Source of the DNA: Candidatus Colwellbacteria bacterium
GTDB taxonomy: Bacteria > Patescibacteriota > Minisyncoccia > UBA6257 > Colwellbacteraceae
Direction of reading: 5' to 3'
DNA: 61,553 nucleotides
NCBI GenBank assembly: GCA_016176525.1
Contig: JACOWZ010000003.1
Coordinates: 1-61,553 of the forward strand
Position numbers and translations under genes: made by a program. The notes under the pieces were generated by a model, which was not told the origin of the DNA, did no database searches, and saw only the letters and a program-made list of their open reading frames with translations. Below are positions 9,064 to 19,092 of this stretch, in pieces. Position 1 is the stretch's first letter. Every line of letters starts with the position of its first letter.

Positions 9064-9298
9064 ATTTTGCCCTTACATCAGTCGGCGGCATAAATGCGTA
9101 CTTCAAACCGCAGCGTGTACAATGAATTTCTTCGGTAATAACTTGCATTGTCCCAACCGGATTAAATTGTGTTGGGTATGGTTCAGTGCTGGATGTTTCA
9201 GAAACTACCACTGTACCGCCACAAAACACACATTCGCCGGTTTTTGCCTTGCGATCTGGTTGCTTTAGCAATGTTTCAGTTTTCAGCATTTTTTCCAC
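9050..9298 (-). CDS. Small zinc-ribbon protein, function unknown (higher-GC)
   Basis: CVFCGG ... CTRCG pairs of CxxC. GTG start. Its 3' end overlaps the miaA 3' end by 14 nt. Composition is clearly GC-richer than the flanks. Confidence 0.4.
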   Translation of the reverse strand: MEKMLKTETLLKQPDRKAKTGECVFCGGTVVVSETSSTEPYPTQFNPVGTMQVITEEIHCTRCGLKYAFMPPTDVRAKSISV

Positions 9299-9348
9299 CC
9301 TATGTGGAGTACTAAAAGGGTTTATAGCGTAAATATCTTTACTTTGTC

Positions 9349-9376
9349 AAATAAAAACCGACGGATAAACCATCGG
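9349..9376 (-). terminator. Rho-independent terminator after the 230-aa orphan
   Basis: On the minus strand: CCGATGG-tttat-CCGTCGG followed by TTTTTATTT, 13 nt after the stop at 9389. Confidence 0.5.
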
Positions 9377-9388
9377 CATGCGTGGGAT

Positions 9389-10081
9389 CTACTCCCCACT
9401 TCGGTTGTCGACCATCTCGGTGCGCCATAGGATGTGCGGTCCATTAAGGACCAGGTCTTTGTGGTCCGGCGCACGGAGAGTCCCCTCGGCGATAGTTCCT
9501 CTCCCGTAATTAGGAGAATGAACCTGCCCACCACAGAGACTGTGTCTGGTATTTCCAATAGGAATCCCTTTCTTCTGATCAGCGATTTGGAAATCCGTCT
9601 TGGAGTGACCGAGCGCGATCATCGCGATCCGCAGATTCTCCCAAGTAGTCGGTATCGGAACACAGAACCAGTCACCTTGGCGTAGAGCAGTAACGCCAAA
9701 GTTCTTTTCCAGTTCTTTGATCCGTTCGGGCTTGAGACTATCGTAGAATGCCTGTTCGCCTTGGCGCAGAATTTGAGCCGCCTGATCTTGCATCCTTACG
9801 ACAAAGGCAGACGCCTCGTCGGTGCCGCCGAAAAGGACCCATCTGGCATGCTCTAGTGGCACAATAAGGATAAATTGTTCTCCTCCGCGAAGAGGGAAAA
9901 ATTCTGCCTCATCCAGATATGGCAGGAAAATTGTGCGACCCTTGCAGTGCGGAGATTGCACCATAAGCTTGTTTTTATCTTTCTTGTCTTGAGTGGGTAG
10001 AACCCACTCAATATTAGCTGCTCCGGCTTTGCGCGGAACTTGTCCGCTTGCCTTTAACTCAAACAACCGCATTTTTCTCAC
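9389..10081 (-). CDS. Hypothetical protein, no recognisable family (higher-GC orphan)
   Basis: 230-aa ORF preceded by GAGGTGAGAAAAATG and followed by its own terminator. I recognise no motif. Confidence 0.55.
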   Translation of the reverse strand: MRKMRLFELKASGQVPRKAGAANIEWVLPTQDKKDKNKLMVQSPHCKGRTIFLPYLDEAEFFPLRGGEQFILIVPLEHARWVLFGGTDEASAFVVRMQDQAAQILRQGEQAFYDSLKPERIKELEKNFGVTALRQGDWFCVPIPTTWENLRIAMIALGHSKTDFQIADQKKGIPIGNTRHSLCGGQVHSPNYGRGTIAEGTLRAPDHKDLVLNGPHILWRTEMVDNRSGE

Positions 10082-10151
10082 CTCTATATGTCTGACCCCG
10101 AACCTCGGGATCGATGTGCTGGGATTTTTATATCACTAAAAAAATAGTACG

Positions 10152-11573
10152 TCAACTAGTCAATTTACTAATAAAAAGCTTACGTAATACTTCTGGGTTT
10201 CCGCGGCCTTTGAGCTTGCCCATTGCGCGGCCGACTAGGGCTTCTAGCGCGGCAGTTTTGCCCTTTTTATAGTCCGCTACTACTTTTTCAGATTCTACGA
10301 TAACGCCAGATACGACTTTCTTAAGCTCTCCTTCGTCGCTTATCTGCGAAAGCCCTTCGTCTTTCATAATCTCGCGCGGATCCCCGCCTTTTACAAACAT
10401 TTTTGCTAAAATATCTTTTGCCGCGCGGCTGCCAAGCTCCCCTTTTACGATAAGCGCTATTAAGTCTGCAAAATCCTCTGGTGTTATTTTTATTTTCTCA
10501 ACGGGTGTGTTAGTTGATGCTGTAAGCCCAAGTAAATCAGAAGTTAAATAATTAAAAACAAGCTCTACGTTTTTAGAGTCATCCTGCATTTCTTCGTCCA
10601 ATTCGGAAACTACCTCTTCAAAATATTTGGCCAAAAATCTGTCAGATACCAATATTTCTGCGCGTTCTGCTCTTAAATTGAATTCTTTTTGGAAACGCTC
10701 GCGCTTTTGTGCAGGAAGCTCCGGCAGCTCAACTTTAATTTCTTCAACTTCTTTTTTGGTTATTTTTAGCGGCGGTAAATCCGGCTCCGGCAGATAGCGA
10801 TAATCGTGCGCTTCTTCTTTTGTGCGCTGGCTGTAGGTCGCCTGTTTTGCATCATCCCAACCGCGAGTTTCTTGCGTTACTTTGCCGCCGTTCTCTAAAA
10901 CCTCTTCTTGCCGTTTTATTTCATATGCAATAGCACCTGCTACTGCGCGAAAAGAGTTAAGGTTTTTAACTTCAACTTTTGTACCCCGCTTTTTATCCTT
11001 GCTTATAGAAATATTAGCCTCAACTCGCATCTCGCCATGCTCCATATCTGCATGGGATATTTCTAAATAACGCAAAATAAGTTGTAATTCTTTAGCAAAA
11101 GTAAGTGCCTGATCAGCAGAGGTAATAACAGGCTCGGTAACAAGCTCCATAAGCGGCCTGCCGGCGCGGTTAAAATCTACCAAGCTATTGCCACTTTTAT
11201 CGTGTATTAATCTGCCGGTGTCTTCTTCTAGATGAACGCGGGTTATTTTTACGCCCACAAGCTCGCCACCTTGCACGAGCGGCATATCATATTGGGATAT
11301 TTGATATCCTTTTGGTAAATCCGGATAAAAATAATTTTTGCGGTCAAACTTTGCGAATTCCGGAATTTTTCCACCCAATGCAAGCCCTAACTTTATTACA
11401 GAACGCACAGCTTCGCGATTTATTGTAGGCAGTGTCCCAGGATGCCCCAAACAAATCTCGCAGACGTTTTTATTTGGCTCTCGGTCATCGCGCACATTCG
11501 GGCACGAACAGAACATCTTGCTCTTCGTAGACAACTCAGCGTGTATCTCTAAACCGATAGTGGGTTTGTACAT
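10152..11573 (-). CDS. gatB: Asp/Glu-tRNA amidotransferase subunit B
   Basis: N-terminal YKPTIGLEIHAEL..KMFCSC, the central GatB core and a C-terminal YqeY-like tail. 473 aa. Confidence 0.93.
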   Translation of the reverse strand: MYKPTIGLEIHAELSTKSKMFCSCPNVRDDREPNKNVCEICLGHPGTLPTINREAVRSVIKLGLALGGKIPEFAKFDRKNYFYPDLPKGYQISQYDMPLVQGGELVGVKITRVHLEEDTGRLIHDKSGNSLVDFNRAGRPLMELVTEPVITSADQALTFAKELQLILRYLEISHADMEHGEMRVEANISISKDKKRGTKVEVKNLNSFRAVAGAIAYEIKRQEEVLENGGKVTQETRGWDDAKQATYSQRTKEEAHDYRYLPEPDLPPLKITKKEVEEIKVELPELPAQKRERFQKEFNLRAERAEILVSDRFLAKYFEEVVSELDEEMQDDSKNVELVFNYLTSDLLGLTASTNTPVEKIKITPEDFADLIALIVKGELGSRAAKDILAKMFVKGGDPREIMKDEGLSQISDEGELKKVVSGVIVESEKVVADYKKGKTAALEALVGRAMGKLKGRGNPEVLRKLFISKLTS

Positions 11574-11593
11574 ATAAATATAAGTTTAACACG

Positions 11594-11702
11594 AACCAAA
11601 CCCATTGTGTCGAGAGTCATTTTCGGAGCGCGACGGCGCGAGAAGAAGGCGAAAATTCAGTAAGAATTTTATGCCGGTGACTCGAGATACTGTGGGTTTG
11701 GT
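11594..11702. repeat. Long imperfect inverted repeat (arms about 25 nt, 58-nt centre) between rplK and gatB
   Basis: aaccaaacccattgtgtcgagagtca (11594-11619) pairs with tgactcgagatactgtgggtttggt (11678-11702). The outer 10 bp and inner 6 bp are perfect. Confidence 0.5.
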
Positions 11703-11713
11703 GAGAAACTAAA

Positions 11714-12139
11714 TTACTCTTTTATTTCTATCCCAGAAGACCGCGCTGTGCCCTCAACAATTTTCATCGCGGCGTCTATGTCGTTTGCGTTTAGGTCTTC
11801 CATCTTGCGCTCGGCAATCTCTCTAACCTGTGCGCGGGTAACTTTGCCAACTTTGTTTTTGTTAGGCTCACCGGAACCTTTTTCTATACCTGCGGCTTTG
11901 CGCAAAAGCGCAGATGCAGGCGGAGTGCGAAGCTTAAAAGTAAAACTTCTGTCTTCATAAATAGTGATCTCCGCAGGCACAATATCACCTATCATAGTTT
12001 TTGTAGCGTCGTTAAACTGCTTACAAAACTCTGCAATAGCAATGCCGTGCTGGCCGAGTGCCGGGCCTATTGGAGGCGCAGGGTTCGCTTTGCCCGCTTG
12101 AATCTGTAACTTTAATACTGTTTTAATTGGTTTAGCCAT
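11714..12139 (-). CDS. rplK: 50S ribosomal protein L11
   Basis: 141 aa. [23 protein letters not shown] is the canonical L11 N-terminus. Confidence 0.93.
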   Translation of the reverse strand: MAKPIKTVLKLQIQAGKANPAPPIGPALGQHGIAIAEFCKQFNDATKTMIGDIVPAEITIYEDRSFTFKLRTPPASALLRKAAGIEKGSGEPNKNKVGKVTRAQVREIAERKMEDLNANDIDAAMKIVEGTARSSGIEIKE

Positions 12140-12143
12140 AATT

Positions 12144-12713
12144 TTATAGTTTTCTTATTTGCAATGAATCCAATTCTACGGCTGTATCTCTGCCGAAAAT
12201 TGCAACCAATACTTTAACACGCCCGCGTTCTTCGTCAACTTCTGCAATCTTGCCATCGTGGTCCCTGAATGGACCATCAGTGATGCGAACTGTTTCGCCA
12301 ACTGTATAATCAAACTTATGTTTTGTGTCGCGCTTACCCATTCTGGACATCAACTCATTAATTTCTTCTTTGGAGAGCGGTGAAGGGTTAGTAGGGTCAG
12401 CGCCCACAAAACCTGTTACGCGCGGAGTGTTGCGCACCACATACCAAGTGTCGGGTTCCATAACCATATCAACAAGCACATAACCGTGGTAGATTTTTTC
12501 TTCCACCTCAATACGCTTGCCGCCTCTTATTTTAATTTTCTTTTCTTTAGGGACAATAATACTAAAAATCTTATCGTTAAGAGAGAGAGCGTCAACACGC
12601 GTTTTTAAGTAGCGGGCTACCGCGTCTTCGTAGCCAGAATAAGTATGCACCGCATACCATTCCCTAGATTTAGTTTTGTCCGTTTTGACTTCCTTCATTA
12701 TTATTTGTTTCAA
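12144..12713 (-). CDS. nusG: Transcription termination/antitermination factor NusG
   Basis: [14 protein letters not shown] start and a C-terminal KOW ([21 protein letters not shown]). The true start may be the internal Met at 12698. Confidence 0.9.
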   Translation of the reverse strand: MKQIIMKEVKTDKTKSREWYAVHTYSGYEDAVARYLKTRVDALSLNDKIFSIIVPKEKKIKIRGGKRIEVEEKIYHGYVLVDMVMEPDTWYVVRNTPRVTGFVGADPTNPSPLSKEEINELMSRMGKRDTKHKFDYTVGETVRITDGPFRDHDGKIAEVDEERGRVKVLVAIFGRDTAVELDSLQIRKL

Positions 12714-12966
12714 TTTGCACCTCTACTGGGTTACCTTCGCTGTCTATCGCCTCTACTCCTCCCGCTTCTATCGGAAGCTCTTGTTCAGGAACAATAACCT
12801 TTAATCCTTCTAGGAAAAGATAATCCCAAAAACCCAAAAAAACCGCCATCACTACGGATATAACTATCACAATAAAAACCAACTTAAATGTTTCTCTGCG
12901 ACTGGGCCAATTTACCCTTTTAAATTCCTGCTTAGACTCCCTAAGGAACGATGTAAGTTTCGCCAT
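12670..12966 (-). CDS. secE: Preprotein translocase subunit SecE with an acidic C-terminal extension
   Basis: KQEFKRVNWPSRRET plus a single TM helix, in the conserved secE-nusG-rplK order. An extra acidic tail of about 45 aa overlaps nusG. Confidence 0.75.
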   Translation of the reverse strand: MAKLTSFLRESKQEFKRVNWPSRRETFKLVFIVIVISVVMAVFLGFWDYLFLEGLKVIVPEQELPIEAGGVEAIDSEGNPVEVQIETNNNEGSQNGQN

Positions 12967-13011
12967 ATCGTGGGGCTAAATATACCTGCTTTACGCGCGT
13001 TTGACAAGGGG

Positions 13012-14994
<1,983 letters not shown>

Positions 14995-15020
14995 AGAACC
15001 ACCTAAAATAACAAATTGAA

Positions 15021-16160
15021 TTATCTTATAACTCCCTTAAATTGCGCTTTGGTTTCGGCCTCTATTTTGGCCTGTATTGGTTCTATTTCTTCGGTCTTTA
15101 AAGTGCGCTCGTTGGAACGGTAAATTACCCTATAAGTGTAGCTTAGCTTGCCTTTGCCGAATTTTTTTTCGTCCTCGTATTTATCTAAAAGTTGAACTTC
15201 TTCTACTAAATCACCGCCTATGTCGCGAATTAAATCAAAATAATCGTTTGGCACAAAGTCCGCCGAAACTACAAACGATATATCGCGTGTAATGGGCGGA
15301 TAAATACTCACTTCTTTGTAGTGATGCCCTAGTTTTAGTTGCTTCTTGACCCTCTTATCATCCGACCACAAAAGCCGAATATCCGGCAAATCCATTGATG
15401 CCATCGCCAAGCGCTCCAAGCCAAAGCCGAATGCCCAGCCATGATAACCTTCCAACCCAAAGTTTTTTAAAACGCTTTTGCGTGGCTGGCCGGAACCAAC
15501 CATTTCCATCCAATTGTCGTTGATAAATGCTTCCATCTCAAAACTCGGATCAGTGTATGGGAAGTTGTGGTCGTAAAAACGGAACTTTGTTTCCTCTCCA
15601 AATATTGCACGTGCGATTTTAGAAAGGATTTCTTTTAAGTCTTCTGGTTTAACAGTTTCTTTACCGTCGGCAGCAAGATATAGCCCGCCCATTTGGTGAA
15701 ACACGTTCATGTGTTTGCGGTCTATCTCGTCTTTTCTGTAAACCTTGCCAAAACAAATTGCGCCGAAAGACTGTTTATTTTTTATTCTTTCTTTAATTTC
15801 CGGCTGGTTTAGGTAGTAATACCAAAACACTGTGTCGTGCGTGCGGAGCACATATTTGTCGTTAACATAATATGTATCTGACTTACTGCGAGCGGGGTGC
15901 CCAGGGGGCATATTAAACAAATCAAAAAGAATATCGGTAGAAACAATCTCCGGCACTTTTATAATATGGAAATCTTCTAGGCCCTTAACTTTTAGAGTGC
16001 GTTGCACCACTTCGTAAAGCGGGCTGCCGTTAGTACGCGACAAGTCCGGCATTGCAAGAAAACGCGCAAGCCGCTTGCCCTCCGCATCTGTTTTTTTGTT
16101 TACCTCTTCTAAAAGCTGTTTTTCCTTATCGTCTTCAATAATTATCTCCTTGTGGGGCAT
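15021..16160 (-). CDS. pheS: Phenylalanyl-tRNA synthetase alpha subunit
   Basis: Class II motifs (HPARSKSDTYY, FGKVYRKDEIDRKH, AFGFGLERLAM). 379 aa. Confidence 0.9.
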   Translation of the reverse strand: MPHKEIIIEDDKEKQLLEEVNKKTDAEGKRLARFLAMPDLSRTNGSPLYEVVQRTLKVKGLEDFHIIKVPEIVSTDILFDLFNMPPGHPARSKSDTYYVNDKYVLRTHDTVFWYYYLNQPEIKERIKNKQSFGAICFGKVYRKDEIDRKHMNVFHQMGGLYLAADGKETVKPEDLKEILSKIARAIFGEETKFRFYDHNFPYTDPSFEMEAFINDNWMEMVGSGQPRKSVLKNFGLEGYHGWAFGFGLERLAMASMDLPDIRLLWSDDKRVKKQLKLGHHYKEVSIYPPITRDISFVVSADFVPNDYFDLIRDIGGDLVEEVQLLDKYEDEKKFGKGKLSYTYRVIYRSNERTLKTEEIEPIQAKIEAETKAQFKGVIR

Positions 16161-16192
16161 ATGAATTTATATAATAGCAAAATAATACACGA

Positions 16193-16232
16193 AATAAAAA
16201 GCGCAGAGGTGTGAAAGATTCACACATGCGCT
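16193..16232 (-). terminator. Rho-independent terminator after the Nudix gene
   Basis: On the minus strand: AGCGCATGTGTGA-loop-TCACACCTCTGCGCT followed by TTTTTATTT, 9 nt after the stop. Confidence 0.55.
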
Positions 16233-16240
16233 TTTGCGCC

Positions 16241-16738
16241 CTACTGGCGCGCCTGGTGAGCCCGGAAACCGGCGAGGACCATCGTCATCATCCGGCTCAC
16301 GTAACCCTTACTTGTGGGGTTGGTGAGCACCTGGATCTGGCCGCCGAAAAGATCAGCAACGCTGACCAAGCGTGCGTCCAGATGTGAATCCGTCGGAAAG
16401 CTCGTGAGCTCTCCGCCTGTGACCTCACAAAGGTGCACGACTGCCTCGTCGCTCGCTTGCGTTACAACTCCAGGAGGAGCCGTAAGTTCGGGAGAAACGA
16501 CTCCCAGCGATCGGACTTCGAGTCCAGTCTCTTCGCGCACGCGCCTCGCAAGACACTCCTCGTCGCTCTCGCCCTCGTTCGCCCGCCCGCCAGTGAGCTC
16601 CCACTGCTTGGGGTAACCCTTACCATCTGGCGTGCCGGCTCGCTGGATCAGTAGGATCCGCGGAATGTTCTCTTCAATTCGGACGATTGCTCCGAATACT
16701 CCTCGTGTCGATTTCTGTTGCGTTGCTGTTTCAGTCAA
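16241..16738 (-). CDS. Nudix hydrolase (higher-GC)
   Basis: Nudix box GGRANEGESDEECLARRVREETGLEV. TTG start preceded by GAGGTGA. GC-rich relative to neighbours. Confidence 0.8.
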   Translation of the reverse strand: MTETATQQKSTRGVFGAIVRIEENIPRILLIQRAGTPDGKGYPKQWELTGGRANEGESDEECLARRVREETGLEVRSLGVVSPELTAPPGVVTQASDEAVVHLCEVTGGELTSFPTDSHLDARLVSVADLFGGQIQVLTNPTSKGYVSRMMTMVLAGFRAHQARQ

Positions 16739-16850
16739 CTTGGTTCACCTCATATTTGGTTGTCCGTCCCGCACCGCGGGACAAGAACTAACCGCAGTAA
16801 AACATACGCTCAAAGAATTGTCAAACAAAAAACCACTCACTAAAAACGTG

Positions 16851-16922
16851 TTGCGGGGCCGGGAATTGAACCCGGTTCTACAGCTTATGAGGCTGTCGAG
16901 GTAACCGTTCCTCCACCCCGCG
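16851..16922 (-). tRNA. tRNA-Met (CAT), probably the initiator
   Basis: Hand-folded cloverleaf CGCGGGG-UG-GAGG..CCUC-G-ACAGC-CUCAUAA-GCUGU-..CCGGG-UUCAAUU-CCCGG-CCCCGCA-A. The C1:A72 mismatch is as in bacterial tRNA-fMet. No encoded CCA. Confidence 0.8.
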
Positions 16923-16968
16923 ATATGGGGTTTATGTTATAGATTTATCCAAGACTTGTCAAAAAAAC

Positions 16969-16996
16969 TGTTAATTGTTATATGTTAATTGTTACA
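16969..16996. repeat. Intergenic heptamer array TGTTAWW x4 between divergent tRNA genes
   Basis: tgttaat tgttata tgttaat tgttaca. It ends 12 nt upstream of the + strand tRNA. Confidence 0.7.
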
Positions 16997-17007
16997 AGTT
17001 ATTTTCC

Positions 17008-17079
17008 GCCGGTGTAGTTCAATGGCTAGAACGAGGGACTCATAAGCCTTAAATGGAAGTTCGATTCTTCCCACCGGCA
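17008..17079 (+). tRNA. tRNA with CAT anticodon (elongator Met or lysidine-modified Ile2)
   Basis: GCCGGTG acceptor pairs with CACCGGC. Anticodon loop CTCATAA, T-arm GGAAG-TTCGATT-CTTCC. 72 nt. No encoded CCA. Confidence 0.75.
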
Positions 17080-17109
17080 CAAAGCTACTTAACAACGAGG
17101 TGAAAAATA

Positions 17110-17436
17110 GTGCTGATCTTGGAAGTTCAAATGCCAGATAAAAGCTGGAAGGAGACTTGTAGGGTTTATCCTCATCAAGCGCCGGGCAGTATTACAGATA
17201 ATAAACCGGATGGCACGCGTGATGTATATTTGTTCTATTGCGAAGATGATGACGGCTGCTCTAAAGTTCTCAAATCCCGCGGCGGTGTTGATACTGCAGA
17301 TCCTTCTACAAGAGTCGTTACAAACCTCGCAGGGTTTGAACTAGTAAAGACTATTCACCCGCGCGAATACTTTACTATGACGATTCTTACCGACGAGTCG
17401 CAAGAGCCGCGTAAGATACGCATTAAGCACTTTTAA
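17110..17436 (+). CDS. Hypothetical small protein
   Basis: GTG start 7 nt after GAGGTGA. 108 aa with no recognised motif. Followed by its own terminator. Confidence 0.45.
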   Translation: MLILEVQMPDKSWKETCRVYPHQAPGSITDNKPDGTRDVYLFYCEDDDGCSKVLKSRGGVDTADPSTRVVTNLAGFELVKTIHPREYFTMTILTDESQEPRKIRIKHF

Positions 17437-17445
17437 TTTCTTCTG

Positions 17446-17478
17446 CACCCGCACATGATTTAGCTCGGGTGTTTTTTT
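17446..17478 (+). terminator. Rho-independent terminator
   Basis: cacccg (17446-51) pairs with cgggtg (17466-71), followed by ttttttt. Confidence 0.45.
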
Positions 17479-17488
17479 ATAAAAAGAA

Positions 17489-17517
17489 TTGACAACATAG
17501 CATTTATATAGTAATTT
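17489..17517 (+). promoter_or_regulatory. Putative sigma-70-like promoter
   Basis: TTGACA (17489-94), a 17-nt spacer, then TAATTT (17512-17), about 100 nt upstream of ORF 17615. Confidence 0.3.
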
Positions 17518-17614
17518 AGCAAAACCTGTTCCTTAACAAGGGGGTAAAAAAACGCAAACCATTAAAGTATCGTTAATCCCGCATTCGTATGCAAGATTTG
17601 TCGAAAGGTGGTGG

Positions 17615-17875
17615 TTGAAAAAGATGAAAAAACCTTCCCATGACGATGTCTTGCATGTACTGAGCACTAACTTCACAGAAGCGGAATGGATAGAGCACTA
17701 CGGTAATACTACCGAATTTTTTCTTCGTTTCTCTAATGATGCAGTGTTTGTTATTAAACTCTGCAACGAGGAAGATCTATTCATAGCGAAAACCTTCAAA
17801 CACATGCGTCTGCAATCGCCCAAAAAACCCCGCAAAGTAAAAGTACATTGGGGGGAACTTGTTAAAGAAGTTTAG
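17615..17875 (+). CDS. Hypothetical small protein
   Basis: 86-aa ORF. AAGGTGG lies upstream, so the real start may be the ATG at 17624. No motif recognised. Confidence 0.4.
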   Translation: MKKMKKPSHDDVLHVLSTNFTEAEWIEHYGNTTEFFLRFSNDAVFVIKLCNEEDLFIAKTFKHMRLQSPKKPRKVKVHWGELVKEV

Positions 17876-17900
17876 AGAGAATATTAGGGCAATCTCAAAC

Positions 17901-17927
17901 ACTCCGACTTAGTCGGAGTTTTTATTT
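17901..17927 (+). terminator. Rho-independent terminator overlapping the MFS gene 3' end
   Basis: actccgac-tta-gtcggagt followed by ttttattt. Confidence 0.5.
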
Positions 17928-19069
17928 GCAAATAAACTCACCAATAAGGTAACAATTAAAACTATTGCGGCCCCAGTGATGAAGAGCACCTGAAAACCGA
18001 AAGTAGAAACAATAAAGCCGCCGATTAGCGCCCCTAGTGCAACGCCAAGCGGTGCGAAGATGGTGTCTACCACTCCCGCCTCAATTGCGTGCTCCGGAAA
18101 TTCTTTAGAAATCGCACCGGATCTGCGGGAGTTCATCATAAAATCAGAGAAAGATTTAGAAGTGTTAACAAATAGTAATCCGCTCAAAGGCAGTTTATAC
18201 CCCATAGCACCAATAACAAACGTTGAGGCCGCATGTATAAAACCGCCCCAGAATATTCCCCCACTCACTATTGCCTTCTTTAAAAACCTAACAGTTATAA
18301 GAGAAATCGGCACAAGCGCGGCAGAAAAAACTCCAACATAGGTTATAATCTCGGACTGGCTTAACCCGCGATCTTTTAAGAAAAGTATAAAAAATGAGCT
18401 GTAAAAGCCGTCTACAATAAGCATCGCAAAACTCAGAATTAAAATGTTTAATAATCCCCTCTCTTTTATTCGTTTAAATATAGATAAATAATTCTTTAAG
18501 TCGCCGATGTGGGCATGCGCGGCGTGGTGACTCGCAATATATTCGCCTTTATGAATCGCACGCAAAAGAATATTCAATAAATAAATTAAAATACTTGCTA
18601 TAAATACGCCAAAGAATCCGAAGAAATATAAAATTATGCCTCCTATAATAGGCGCTATAAAGTTTGCATAAATCGGCGCCGAATAAAACCAACCAAATGC
18701 CGCGTCATGGTGCACAAGTTCGGATTCAATCAACATTGCACGAGAAGATACAAAGAAAAGTGCTGCGGAACAACCCAACATAACCTGCAAAAAATAAAAA
18801 GGCAGTCCCGGACTAACGGCAATCATTCCCAGAGAGTATAGTGCATAGCCGGATATCCCAACACCAGATAAAAACACTGGCGAAAATCTATTAGACAATA
18901 TCCCAACAACAGGTGCGAAAAGTACAAATGCGATGTATATAAAAAAATATGAGTAACCTATCTGTGACAAAACCAACCCCCTCTCTACTAGATATAGTGC
19001 AAAATAAGCCGAGAACAGCTTATAACCGAACATTAATAGGAAGTGAGATAGAACAATTTTGCGAATCAT
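17909..19069 (-). CDS. MFS-type transporter
   Basis: 386 aa with about 12 predicted TM helices in a 6+6 layout and a central loop. Confidence 0.7.
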   Translation of the reverse strand: MIRKIVLSHFLLMFGYKLFSAYFALYLVERGLVLSQIGYSYFFIYIAFVLFAPVVGILSNRFSPVFLSGVGISGYALYSLGMIAVSPGLPFYFLQVMLGCSAALFFVSSRAMLIESELVHHDAAFGWFYSAPIYANFIAPIIGGIILYFFGFFGVFIASILIYLLNILLRAIHKGEYIASHHAAHAHIGDLKNYLSIFKRIKERGLLNILILSFAMLIVDGFYSSFFILFLKDRGLSQSEIITYVGVFSAALVPISLITVRFLKKAIVSGGIFWGGFIHAASTFVIGAMGYKLPLSGLLFVNTSKSFSDFMMNSRRSGAISKEFPEHAIEAGVVDTIFAPLGVALGALIGGFIVSTFGFQVLFITGAAIVLIVTLLVSLFANKNSD

Positions 19070-19092
19070 ATAGATTAGAATAACATATAGCT

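Noticed and set aside
9322-9685. ORFs 9322..9558 (-) and 9434..9685 (+) within the 230-aa orphan region
   Set aside because: These are alternative frames of the same GC-rich segment. The 230-aa frame is the longest, has the strong SD and is followed by a terminator.
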